From an uncultured archaeon (GTDB lineage Archaea > Thermoplasmatota > Penumbrarchaeia > JASLWR01): DNA of 64,000 nt. The position numbers were made by a program, and so were the translations under genes. This document shows positions 10,782 to 19,664 of the stretch, one piece after another. The notes under the pieces are model-generated. The model had not been told where the DNA came from. It searched no databases and was given only the letters and a program-made list of their open reading frames with translations. The stretch covers positions 32,001 to 96,000 of the forward strand of contig CAYFHS010000011.1 in NCBI GenBank assembly GCA_964342815.1. Direction: 5' to 3'. Positions within the stretch are counted from its first letter, which is position 1; each line of letters starts with the position of its first letter.

Positions 10782-11657
10782 TTATAATGCCCTGAGAAAT
10801 TCCGGTTTGAATCTCCCGCTCTTCATTGCTTTATCGATATTTGCGAGTATTCTTTCCTTATCCACCGGCAGAACACCCCCGATAGGGGCGTAATTGGATG
10901 CGTGATTCGCCCTAAAAACCGTATTTGTAACGTCGATCCCTTCTACAATACTGTGTAATTCCTCCAAGACCTGCTGTGGGTTCAACAGGGTCAGATTACC
11001 AGACCGTACTTCCTTTATAATCTCCGAGTTGGGTTCAACCATCAGGGTGAGGGCTGCCGCATACTCCGGGTCCTGCGCAGAGATCACCCTTGCAGTCTCT
11101 CTTGCATGAACCTCGGACAACTCGGTCCCGCCAAGTCCCAGTATGAATATCACCGATAGTTTCAGCCCGGCCTCCCTCACCTTCTTGGCAGTTTCTATCA
11201 TCAAAGCGGACTTTGCACCCTTTTTTATTTTTCGTAATACTTCGTCGCTCCCGGATTCTAAACCGAAATAAACAAGATCCAAACCCTTTTCCTTCAATTT
11301 TCTGAGTTCGTTAACGGATTTTTTTCGTATATCGAGTGGCCCCCCATAAATAGAAACCCTCTCGAGTATGTGAAATTTCCCATAAAGGTAGTCCAGTATC
11401 GACGCAAGCTCCTCGGTGGGCATGGCCAGAGCGTTGCCGTCGGCGAGGAATATCCGCTGAACGTCTACGTAGTACGGAAATATTTTATCCACATCCCGCT
11501 GGATCTCCCGAAGGCTTTTGACCCTGTACTCTTTATCGGTAAATGCCACGCAGAAGGTGCATCGGTTCCATGAGCAGCCGATGGTGGCCTGGAGTATCAG
11601 GCAGTACGCCTCTGAAGGCGGCCGGAATACTGCTCCTTCGTAAATGTCGGCGATCAT
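10782..11657 (-). CDS. Radical SAM domain protein
   Basis: CxxxCxxC motif CSWNRCTFC; FRPPSEA N-terminus; RIFLADGNAL; YFGLESGSD. Confidence 0.9.
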   Translation of the reverse strand: MIADIYEGAVFRPPSEAYCLILQATIGCSWNRCTFCVAFTDKEYRVKSLREIQRDVDKIFPYYVDVQRIFLADGNALAMPTEELASILDYLYGKFHILERVSIYGGPLDIRKKSVNELRKLKEKGLDLVYFGLESGSDEVLRKIKKGAKSALMIETAKKVREAGLKLSVIFILGLGGTELSEVHARETARVISAQDPEYAAALTLMVEPNSEIIKEVRSGNLTLLNPQQVLEELHSIVEGIDVTNTVFRANHASNYAPIGGVLPVDKERILANIDKAMKSGRFKPEFLRAL

Positions 11658-11793
11658 TCGACGAACGAATATTCTTATGAGTAAAATAATTTATCCGGTT
11701 GTTACCGGACTAATCAACTCGGACCGGGCTTTTCCACCGTTTTTCCCAAATATTTTTTATAGCATTTTCCTGATACCGAAAAGGGGTTTTGAT

Positions 11794-13185
11794 ATGGCAG
11801 ATGCAGGCATGAAGAAGATGGTCGTTATCGGTATGGGATATGTCGGTATCCCGGCGGCTGCGCTGTTCGCGGACACGGGCAAGTACCAGGTGGTAGGAAT
11901 TCAAAGACGTTCCGAACGGTCCGGGTGGAAGATCGACCATCTCAACAGCGGATTGAATCCCATTGGAGGAAATGAGCCCGGACTGGGAGAGCTGATTCAC
12001 CGGGTTGTAAAGGAGAAAAAAAACTTCCGGGTAAGCGATGACTATTCAGAGATAATGAACGCCGATTTTGTATTGATAGACGTCCAAACCCCAACCGACC
12101 ATGACCATGCCCCCCGCTATCTGTCGCTGAAGGAGGTTTCTGCCACTACCGGGCAGTACTTGAAAAACAGCAGCAGGAAACCTTTGGTGGTCATCGAATC
12201 CACTGTGGCCCCGGGAACGACCTCCAACATAGTTCTTCCGATACTGGAGCACGAGTCAGGAAAGGCCGTGGATGATGGTTTTTTTCTGGCTTTCGCCTAC
12301 GAGAGGGTTATGGTGGGGAGGCTTATCCACAATATTGTCAATCTCGCGCGAATCGTGGGAGGGGCCACTGAAGAAAGCACGAAAAGAGGTATGGAACTGT
12401 ATGCGGATATCGTGAAAGCCCCGCGCCATGCCACCGATTCGCTTACGGCGGAAATAACAAAAGTGGTGGAAAATACTTATCGGGATGTGAACATAGCCTT
12501 TGCAAACGAAGTTGCCCTCATTTGCGAGTCTCTGGGAGTTGACGCGTTCAAAGTCAGAGAACTGGTCAATACTCTGCCGTACGACCCGTCCAACCCGGCG
12601 GCGAATCCGGTGCGAAATTTACACATACCCGGAGCTGGCGTGGGCGGCCACTGCTTGCCGAAAGACCCGTGGCTTCTGATATGGGGTATGAACAACTACG
12701 GGAAGTTCAGCTTCACTCCCGAGGTAATTGTGAATTCAAGAAAAATAAATACATTCATGCCGGTCCACACGGCTGAGCTGGTGGAAAAGGGACTTGAAAG
12801 AGCGGGAATTCCGGCAGAGGGAGCGAAAATTGCGGTTCTGGGCTACGCATTTCTCGAGAACAGCGACGACACCAGGAACACTCCTGCGAAAGACGTTATT
12901 GAGCTTCTGATAGAGAAAGGGATGAAAGTAAGGCTTCATGACCCGCACGTCCGTGACGAAGAGCCCACGCCGGTGGAGATCGAGCGGGACCTTTATGGGG
13001 TATTGGAAGACGCGCATGCTCTCGTGATCGTCACAAGACACAATGAGTATGAGCATCTGTACCTTGAAAAAGTCCGAGATCTAATGGCGGGGAACGTGTT
13101 CGTGGATGGGCGGAACGTGTACGTAAAGGAAGAGGTGGAAGGAAAGGGGTTTGTTTACTTGGGTGTTGGGAAGGATAATCGATAA
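11794..13185 (+). CDS. Nucleotide-sugar dehydrogenase (UDP-N-acetylmannosamine/UDP-GlcNAc 6-dehydrogenase family)
   Basis: Rossmann VIGMGYVG; VIESTVAPGTT; KVVENTYRDVNIAFANE; catalytic GVGGHCLPKDP. Start moved to ATG 11794 because the upstream extension overlaps the divergent gene. Confidence 0.92.
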   Translation: MADAGMKKMVVIGMGYVGIPAAALFADTGKYQVVGIQRRSERSGWKIDHLNSGLNPIGGNEPGLGELIHRVVKEKKNFRVSDDYSEIMNADFVLIDVQTPTDHDHAPRYLSLKEVSATTGQYLKNSSRKPLVVIESTVAPGTTSNIVLPILEHESGKAVDDGFFLAFAYERVMVGRLIHNIVNLARIVGGATEESTKRGMELYADIVKAPRHATDSLTAEITKVVENTYRDVNIAFANEVALICESLGVDAFKVRELVNTLPYDPSNPAANPVRNLHIPGAGVGGHCLPKDPWLLIWGMNNYGKFSFTPEVIVNSRKINTFMPVHTAELVEKGLERAGIPAEGAKIAVLGYAFLENSDDTRNTPAKDVIELLIEKGMKVRLHDPHVRDEEPTPVEIERDLYGVLEDAHALVIVTRHNEYEHLYLEKVRDLMAGNVFVDGRNVYVKEEVEGKGFVYLGVGKDNR

Positions 13186-13244
13186 TTATAAGTGATAAGA
13201 ATCTTTCTTTTCCTGCAGTTTAATTATTTTCTTCCGAGAATTAT

Positions 13245-14213
13245 TCATCGATTTTTTTCAATGTCCTTCATCACCACCGTCATTCCAAGGTAATAAACAA
13301 AGGCTATTAGCATCATTATCATCAAAACAATCCCTATCGCCATGAAGCTGTGAACCATTATTACGTGGACCAGAAACCCTGTAGAAACTGTAATTCCAAC
13401 GGCAGCCCGGTGTATGTTTTCCTTTTTAACGAAGACGTTTATGAACTTTATCAACACAAGACCGAAACCGATAAGATACGGCAGGAAAAAGAGGTCGGCG
13501 AGAAGTTTAATCAACGCCATGTTAAAGGTCCGCCCACTGTCTCCGAATCCCAATCGGTACCCGCTTCCCGCCTTGTACGTTAAAAGATGGAACGGCAACT
13601 TGAAGTCATGATATGAGCTGAAATTTAGCGTTCGCGAGGGATCCGCATAGTTCATAATATTTGATCCCGATTGCTTGACCGGCGGGTGGATAAATCCCAG
13701 CAGGTGTCCCACTTCGTGTACTGCAATGGATCGAATCCTCTCGTTATCGTGTGTGTCGCCGGTCATAAACGAAGTGACCGTCATCACCGCAGATCGTGTC
13801 TCCACACTGGCTTGACCCCACCATGCACCACCATTGCGGTCTTCCCAGTTGTTTATTCTTTTATCGGTAACATATAGAATCACGTCCACTTCGTACTTAT
13901 CAGTAAGAATTTCCGAACGACCTTCATCGAAGAAATCCGTGGTAAGCGAAAGATTATCCTGTACTTTCACACCCGACGAGTTGAAACGATAATCTGTGAT
14001 TATCTTGGATCGAAAATATTCCCTATGATACTCGAACCCCTCCTTGGCAAGATGCGCGTAGGTAATGTTGCAGTCGTCAACAAGAATGATGCCGATGTCC
14101 ATTTTCGGGTGGTATTTCACTACTCCGATATTTATCAAGGTAGGGATTACCAGGAATACCGCGAGCAATACCAATGTTTTCCGGTATAGACCGTGATTCC
14201 CTTTTTGAGCCAT
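13245..14213 (-). CDS. Membrane-bound zinc metalloprotease (metzincin-type) with C-terminal TM bundle
   Basis: HEVGHLLGFIH (HExxHxxGxxH) and Met-turn NIMNY; N-terminal TM; about 3 C-terminal TM helices. Confidence 0.8.
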   Translation of the reverse strand: MAQKGNHGLYRKTLVLLAVFLVIPTLINIGVVKYHPKMDIGIILVDDCNITYAHLAKEGFEYHREYFRSKIITDYRFNSSGVKVQDNLSLTTDFFDEGRSEILTDKYEVDVILYVTDKRINNWEDRNGGAWWGQASVETRSAVMTVTSFMTGDTHDNERIRSIAVHEVGHLLGFIHPPVKQSGSNIMNYADPSRTLNFSSYHDFKLPFHLLTYKAGSGYRLGFGDSGRTFNMALIKLLADLFFLPYLIGFGLVLIKFINVFVKKENIHRAAVGITVSTGFLVHVIMVHSFMAIGIVLMIMMLIAFVYYLGMTVVMKDIEKNR

Positions 14214-14388
14214 ATGAATAATATACATAGCGATAATATTTAAAATGTCGTACTACAGGTAGACTGGAATTAGTATTCGGCGACCTTGCACGATTGATTC
14301 TGTCCGCTTGAACGTTTCTGAATTCATGCTGAGGGATGCCATCGGGAGATTGTTTGGTTGGATAAACTGAAATATCTATGGTTTTTAT

Positions 14389-14608
14389 CGACAAATGTCC
14401 TCATTAACTACCTAACAAATGTTCCCCATACTGCCAGATAAATGTATTCTATCTGATTGAACAAATGTTCCATCATCTATGATATTGTATCCATTCAAAT
14501 CCAATTTTACTTTCACTAAGATTATTCGCGGCCAGTACTGATGTAATTTTACTTTCACTCACCTCCCTCCCCCCTGCTCACTGTTATATACCCATTGAAC
14601 ATTTGTCC
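14389..14608. promoter_or_regulatory. Array of imperfect palindromes (consensus GAAC-AAAT-GTTC) in a divergent promoter region
   Basis: CGACAAATGTCC 14389, TAACAAATGTTC 14413, weak copy 14436, GAACAAATGTTC 14459 (spacing 24/23/23), and inverted GAACATTTGTCC 14597. Confidence 0.6.
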
Positions 14609-15092
14609 GTTTGTCAAGGGAATTCCGTTGCCCATGATCAACATCAAAAAGAAAAACGGGATTGATATAATGAACAAGCGAAACAAGAAACATAAATTGA
14701 ATGAATTCAGAAAAAAACTAAAAGAAATCGAAAGAGAACAAACCGATAGGATCACGAAGGAAGAATCCAAACTATTACTTCACGTCCTGATTTACAAGTT
14801 TGACGGCTTTGCTAGCCAACAGCAGATCATTAATGCTTACATGTCGTCAAAATACCATTGGGGTAATAAGAGAACATCAGTGGCACTTAAAACTCTGGCG
14901 GAGATCGGCGTGATCGACCGAACGAGGTCCGAATCTGATAACTGGACCCTTTTTTTCCTAGTTAAGGGCTTTCTGAAAGAATGTAAGGAAAGAATAGTCC
15001 AAGCTGGGCTAGCAATAAGGAAAAGGATGGTTTCTTATTTTTCGGCCGTTTTAACAATAAACCGTCCAGGTAAAACCCGAGCAGCAACCTAA
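14595..15092 (+). CDS. Hypothetical winged-helix DNA-binding protein (start may be ATG 14670)
   Basis: Basic N-terminus; HTH-like ASQQQIINAY…GNKRTSVALKTLAEIGVIDR followed by a wing-like beta hairpin. Confidence 0.5.
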   Translation: MNICPFVKGIPLPMINIKKKNGIDIMNKRNKKHKLNEFRKKLKEIEREQTDRITKEESKLLLHVLIYKFDGFASQQQIINAYMSSKYHWGNKRTSVALKTLAEIGVIDRTRSESDNWTLFFLVKGFLKECKERIVQAGLAIRKRMVSYFSAVLTINRPGKTRAAT

Positions 15093-15121
15093 ATGGTTAT
15101 GGTTTTTTGTATTCTAGAGTA

Positions 15122-15190
15122 TACGTGTAAAGCCGTCCCATTCTGGCACGTCTTTACCAAGAAGTCAGTCCAAATGTTCCTGACTTTACG
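15122..15190 (+). repeat. 69-bp dispersed repeat, copy 1
   Basis: 64/69 identical to the reverse complement of 55858-55926 (aligned by eye). Contains hairpin AAGTCAG-N11-CTGACTT. Confidence 0.85.
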
Positions 15191-15262
15191 GCAAATGGAT
15201 ACTTCACCATTCTAAACATCATCTATCAGGTTGGATGAAATTGAACACCATCGGAACGGCCG

Positions 15263-16513
15263 CTACCCCTTCACCGCGCCCTTTGTCATTCCCGACGTCA
15301 GATACCTCTGAAATACGATAAACATTACCACCACTGGAATGGACACCAGCACCGACATTGCCGAGAAGGTGCCCCACTGCTGCGAGCTTCCATCGATATA
15401 CATGAATATTTTTACCGGCAGCGTGTAGTATTCCTCGTTCTGCATGAATGTATACGCGAGAACGTACTCGTTCCAGGCGCTCAGGAAAGCAAACAGCGCC
15501 GTCACCGCTATTGCGGGTTTTGCCAATGGCAGCATTATCTTTCTGAATATCTGCGAGTGCGAGTACCCGTCCACCCTTGCGGCTTCGATAAGATCGTCCG
15601 GAATTGTATCGAAGAAACCTTTCATGGTCCACACGCACAATGGCAGTGCCGTCACAGAATAGGCGGCGATGAGACCTATATAGCTGTCCAGAAGACCCAG
15701 GTTGTTCAGCAGAATGAAGTAGGGAATGATAATGATCACGCCTGGAAACATCTGGACAACGATGAATGATAGCAGAACTGATTTCTTGGCCTTGAAGCTG
15801 AATTTCGAGAGTGCGTAAGCCCCGGTGGTTGACAGGAATATCGTGAGAAAAGTGGTTCCCGCCGCGCATATCAACGAATTTATGAGGTATCTGTGAAAGT
15901 TCTCCTCGAACATAACGTTTCGGTAGTGCTCGAAAGTAAGGTTAGAGGAGAATATCTGCAGCTCAGGGTCGAATAAATTGTTACCAGGTTTCAGCGACGT
16001 CCCAATGATCCAGATCACGGGGAATGTGGCTATGAGGACTGCAATGAAAAGAATGAAGTGAGTGGAAAGCGAACGGATGAATCCTGAAATTTTAACAATT
16101 ACGGGTGTACTTTTTATTCTTATGTACGGGGAAGTGAAATGCTGCTTTACCTCGTAGCGGCCCAGATACCAGAAAGTGAAAACCGTGATGATGAAATGTA
16201 TTAGGGTTACGGGGTCTCCCGGGGCTTGAGTCAGGTAAATGTAGAACGACGGCAGCATCATGGCCAGGCCTAGTAATCTACTGTACTCCCACAGCAGCAG
16301 GACGCCTAGAGCCGATACGAAGATCAATAACGATAGTACCGCAAGAAAGATGGGCCCTGCCGTCAATGATACGTCCGAGATGAGCAAAATAAGGCTGAGC
16401 GGTAACATGGATGAGATCAGAAGAAGGCCGAAGGAGGTGGCCCGTACGATACCCCTGTCCGGCGCAATGGATGAGATGATGCGCTCCCCGATCTTTGCTT
16501 TTCCCCCGCTCAT
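15263..16513 (-). CDS. malG: Carbohydrate ABC transporter permease (MalG-like) with extra N-terminal TM region
   Basis: EAA loop DLIEAARVDGYS; FPVIWIIGTSLKP; AWNEYVLA. ATGA overlap with malF. Confidence 0.88.
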   Translation of the reverse strand: MSGGKAKIGERIISSIAPDRGIVRATSFGLLLISSMLPLSLILLISDVSLTAGPIFLAVLSLLIFVSALGVLLLWEYSRLLGLAMMLPSFYIYLTQAPGDPVTLIHFIITVFTFWYLGRYEVKQHFTSPYIRIKSTPVIVKISGFIRSLSTHFILFIAVLIATFPVIWIIGTSLKPGNNLFDPELQIFSSNLTFEHYRNVMFEENFHRYLINSLICAAGTTFLTIFLSTTGAYALSKFSFKAKKSVLLSFIVVQMFPGVIIIIPYFILLNNLGLLDSYIGLIAAYSVTALPLCVWTMKGFFDTIPDDLIEAARVDGYSHSQIFRKIMLPLAKPAIAVTALFAFLSAWNEYVLAYTFMQNEEYYTLPVKIFMYIDGSSQQWGTFSAMSVLVSIPVVVMFIVFQRYLTSGMTKGAVKG

Positions 16514-18309
16514 TTTCCCTCACCCCCGGCTTTGCTTATCTTCATGTAAACGATGCTGAAACTCAGGAGCATGAAAAATATAATGACGGAATAGGCAGCC
16601 GCGAACCCGTAATCGTTGCCATCGAAGGCAGCGTTATATACATATGTGATCAGTATATCGGTCTTGCCTCCCGGCCCGCCGCCTGTAACCAGATAGATCA
16701 CATTGAACATGTTGAAGGTCCAGATGAAGCTTAAGAGAGACGCCGGTATCACAGTTGGTTTTAGAAGGGGTAGTGTAATATGGCGGAACTGCTGCCATCT
16801 CGAGATCCCGTCCACTCTTGCCGCTTCGTAGAGGTCATCCGGTATGCTCTTGAGACCCCCTGAGAACACCATCACCATGAAAGGGATGCCCAACCACACG
16901 TTTGTGATAACGCAGGCCCAGAACGCATATGGCATCTTGTCCAGCCACTGTATCGGCTCCATTCCGAAAAAACCGATAATGTGATTTACCGCTCCGAAAT
17001 CGTGGTGGAACATACCCTTCCAGATAAGACAGCTGATATAGGCTGGCATTGCCCAGGGTAGAAGAAGAAACGTTCTGTACAGTACTTTACCCCGAAGTTT
17101 TTTATTGTTCAGTAGAAGTGCGAGGCCCAGGCCGATGACCATGGTAAGCGCTACGTTCACTATTGTCCACGCAAATGTGTTCAGTGTCACGTCCCAGAAC
17201 TTGTCCATCTTGATATCGTCGCCGAATATGTCCACATAGTTATCGATACCAATAAAATCGTATTCGAATATATGACCCCCGCCCATGTTGGTGAATGATA
17301 TGTAGAATCCGTAACCTACGGGGTAGAAGGTCAGGGCCGCGAGGGCCAGAACTGCCGGTGCAACGTAGAGATACGGCCTCAGCGGGTCTTTGATCTTTTC
17401 CCGTATCCGTTTTAACCTTTTTCCCGGTGCCGCGACGAGCAGCACTATGCTTATGATGAGAACAAGAAAAACCGGTAGTGCCAGTGCGAGACAGATATTG
17501 CTTGCTTCGGGAGGCGCGACAGGTATTGCACTGATCAAGGTTTCATTTTCTTCGAGAGTCAGGTTCTCATTCCCGTATTTATCCAGAGTGGTGACAGCAA
17601 GCCAGTATTTTCGTCCGTTTACAAGGTTTGAGATGTTCCGTTCGTATATCTCGGGCAGCCGCTCGCTCTCGTTTTCCCAATCCAACATACCCTGCCATTC
17701 CTCGTAGACCTGCATATTGGATAATTTGTCCGGCTGGTCCCCTTGGCTTATATAGATTTTCAGGGAATTTCTTTGGGGTATGGCAGGTCCCTTGCTCTCC
17801 GCGTAATCAAATTCTGGCCACGGGTCCCAGACAAGCCGCACCTCTCCGCTTATGAGACCCACCTCAACCGTGAGTCCTTTTACTGCCTCGGGAGGAGTTC
17901 TATCGGTTTTGACGTTCACCTTGTCAGTAGTACTGGCACCGGTAATTTCTGTGAGCCGGGCCTTAATGCTGACGTTTCCCTCCGGCAGTTCCACAGTGCA
18001 GCTCCACTTTGAAGTTCCGTCGCATAGTTTCCACTCCCCCTCGTTCACCCTGACATGCACCGCAGAGATTCCGTCCGGAGAGAACGCTATCCCGCTAATC
18101 TCGATGTTCTTAACGTTAATAACGTTGTCGAACATACTGCTGTAAGGGGACGGCGAGCTAATCTCCACGGACGCATTGTCAGCGCGGCTCGCTGCAGTGC
18201 CCGGCTCGGATCCGGCCAGCGGGATAGCAATGACCAATAAAAGGAGAATCAGTGCCATGAGGCGTGGTAACGCTTTTTGCAGCCCGGCACGATTCCCCTC
18301 ATCCTTCAT
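16510..18309 (-). CDS. malF: Carbohydrate ABC transporter permease (MalF-like) with N-terminal extracellular Ig/FN3-like domains
   Basis: EAA loop DLYEAARVDG; LLLPWAMPAY; WTFNMFNVIYL; YGFAAAYS. Confidence 0.88.
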   Translation of the reverse strand: MKDEGNRAGLQKALPRLMALILLLLVIAIPLAGSEPGTAASRADNASVEISSPSPYSSMFDNVINVKNIEISGIAFSPDGISAVHVRVNEGEWKLCDGTSKWSCTVELPEGNVSIKARLTEITGASTTDKVNVKTDRTPPEAVKGLTVEVGLISGEVRLVWDPWPEFDYAESKGPAIPQRNSLKIYISQGDQPDKLSNMQVYEEWQGMLDWENESERLPEIYERNISNLVNGRKYWLAVTTLDKYGNENLTLEENETLISAIPVAPPEASNICLALALPVFLVLIISIVLLVAAPGKRLKRIREKIKDPLRPYLYVAPAVLALAALTFYPVGYGFYISFTNMGGGHIFEYDFIGIDNYVDIFGDDIKMDKFWDVTLNTFAWTIVNVALTMVIGLGLALLLNNKKLRGKVLYRTFLLLPWAMPAYISCLIWKGMFHHDFGAVNHIIGFFGMEPIQWLDKMPYAFWACVITNVWLGIPFMVMVFSGGLKSIPDDLYEAARVDGISRWQQFRHITLPLLKPTVIPASLLSFIWTFNMFNVIYLVTGGGPGGKTDILITYVYNAAFDGNDYGFAAAYSVIIFFMLLSFSIVYMKISKAGGEGK

Positions 18310-18331
18310 TTACGACACCTTCTGCTTGTTC

Positions 18332-19663
18332 TCATCCCTCTATCTTGCTTTCGATCTCCTTTTGCGCGTCGGCGAGAGCCTTGTCAGCCGTTTTATCGCC
18401 ACTGTAGATCAGTTGAAGGGCGTCGGTAAGGGGTCCCCAAATCTCGGACATCTCAGGGCGACTGGGGGCCTGCTGGCCAAGTTCTGCCTGCGCCAGAAAA
18501 CCCTGTATCACATCATTTTGCATAATTTTCTCTTCTCCGTAAACGGATTTGACGCTGGGAAGCGTGTCCGATACAAGAGCGAAACCCTTTGTCACTTTAT
18601 GCGACGTCAGGTACTGGATGAGCCGGTAGGCTTCGAGCTTGTGCGGAGAGTCCTTGGAGATCACGTAGCCCTTAACCCCCACCAGGGGAGCGCAGTACCT
18701 GTCGTTTGCAGGGTTCTTCGGGAACGTCGCGATACCGTGGTCTATATCTGCCGCTTTGATATCCTCGATATTCCAGGGGCCCGTGGCGATCATGGCCGCC
18801 TTCTGTTCTGTAAAAAGGCTCATCATTAAATTCTTCTCCGCCCCGCCCTTGGGCATGACCCCGTGCTTTTCTTCGAGATCGAAAATGTAGTTTGTGGCAT
18901 CAACCGATGCTGGCGAGTATATGGTCGGAGAACCGTCTTCACTAAAAATCGTACCGCCGAAGCCGTGCTGAAACATGAACCACCAGTAAGCGTCTGTTAT
19001 CGGCATGACGAAACCGTGCTTGTCCCCGTAGGTGAGGGCCTTGGCCATGGTAACCAACTCATCGAGATCGGCAGGCGGTTCCTCATAACCTTTTTGTGAC
19101 AGCATGGCCTTGTTGTACACCAGAGCAATGGAATCGTAGGATGCGGGAAGGGCGTAACGGCTTCCCTTGTATTTCATTGCATTCATGGCCATTGGCACGA
19201 AGCTGTCGAGAGTTGTAACACTGATATACTGGTCCAGAGGGGCGATGAGGCCCAGGACCGCCAGTTCGCCCAACCTGTCGTTGGGAACCCTCATGACATC
19301 AGGTGCTATACCGCCAATGGAGGCAGTCCTGAACTTGTTGATGGCGTCCGAATATGTCTGCTGCTGCACATCCACTTTGATATTGGGATTCTCCCGCTCG
19401 AAATCCTTCACGGTTTTTTTTATCAGTTCGACCTCTTTAGCATACTGGAAAGTGTGCCAGAACACAAGTTTCACGGTCCCGGCAGGACCGCCGTCGATAC
19501 CGTCGTCTCCATCACCATCATCATCAGTCACATTGCCATTATCTATACTCAGAATGTCGATTCCGGTCCGGATTGTTTCTCCCTCCTGCTTTCCCATGCA
19601 CATGGTCATGGAAGTAACTGTAATGAAGATCACGATGATAGTAAAGAAAGGTTTCAGTCTCAC
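18332..19663 (-). CDS. malE: Maltose/maltodextrin ABC transporter substrate-binding protein
   Basis: LVFWHT…, APDVMRVPNDRLG, MIATGPWNI, PLVGVKGY, EMSEIWGP. Probable GTG start at 19663 after GGGGGTGA RBS. Confidence 0.88.
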   Translation of the reverse strand: MRLKPFFTIIVIFITVTSMTMCMGKQEGETIRTGIDILSIDNGNVTDDDGDGDDGIDGGPAGTVKLVFWHTFQYAKEVELIKKTVKDFERENPNIKVDVQQQTYSDAINKFRTASIGGIAPDVMRVPNDRLGELAVLGLIAPLDQYISVTTLDSFVPMAMNAMKYKGSRYALPASYDSIALVYNKAMLSQKGYEEPPADLDELVTMAKALTYGDKHGFVMPITDAYWWFMFQHGFGGTIFSEDGSPTIYSPASVDATNYIFDLEEKHGVMPKGGAEKNLMMSLFTEQKAAMIATGPWNIEDIKAADIDHGIATFPKNPANDRYCAPLVGVKGYVISKDSPHKLEAYRLIQYLTSHKVTKGFALVSDTLPSVKSVYGEEKIMQNDVIQGFLAQAELGQQAPSRPEMSEIWGPLTDALQLIYSGDKTADKALADAQKEIESKIEG

Positions 19664-19664
19664 T

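Noticed and set aside
11644-11793. N-terminal extension of the nucleotide-sugar dehydrogenase; likewise 50920..51102, 28720..28827, 29844..29909, 56145..56231, 55744..55830
   Set aside because: These extensions overlap neighbouring genes or promoters; downstream starts have RBS/TATA support and match domain boundaries.
14389-14608. Chromosomal replication origin
   Set aside because: No recognisable ORB (TTCCAGTGGAAA plus G-string) and no cdc6/orc1 adjacent.
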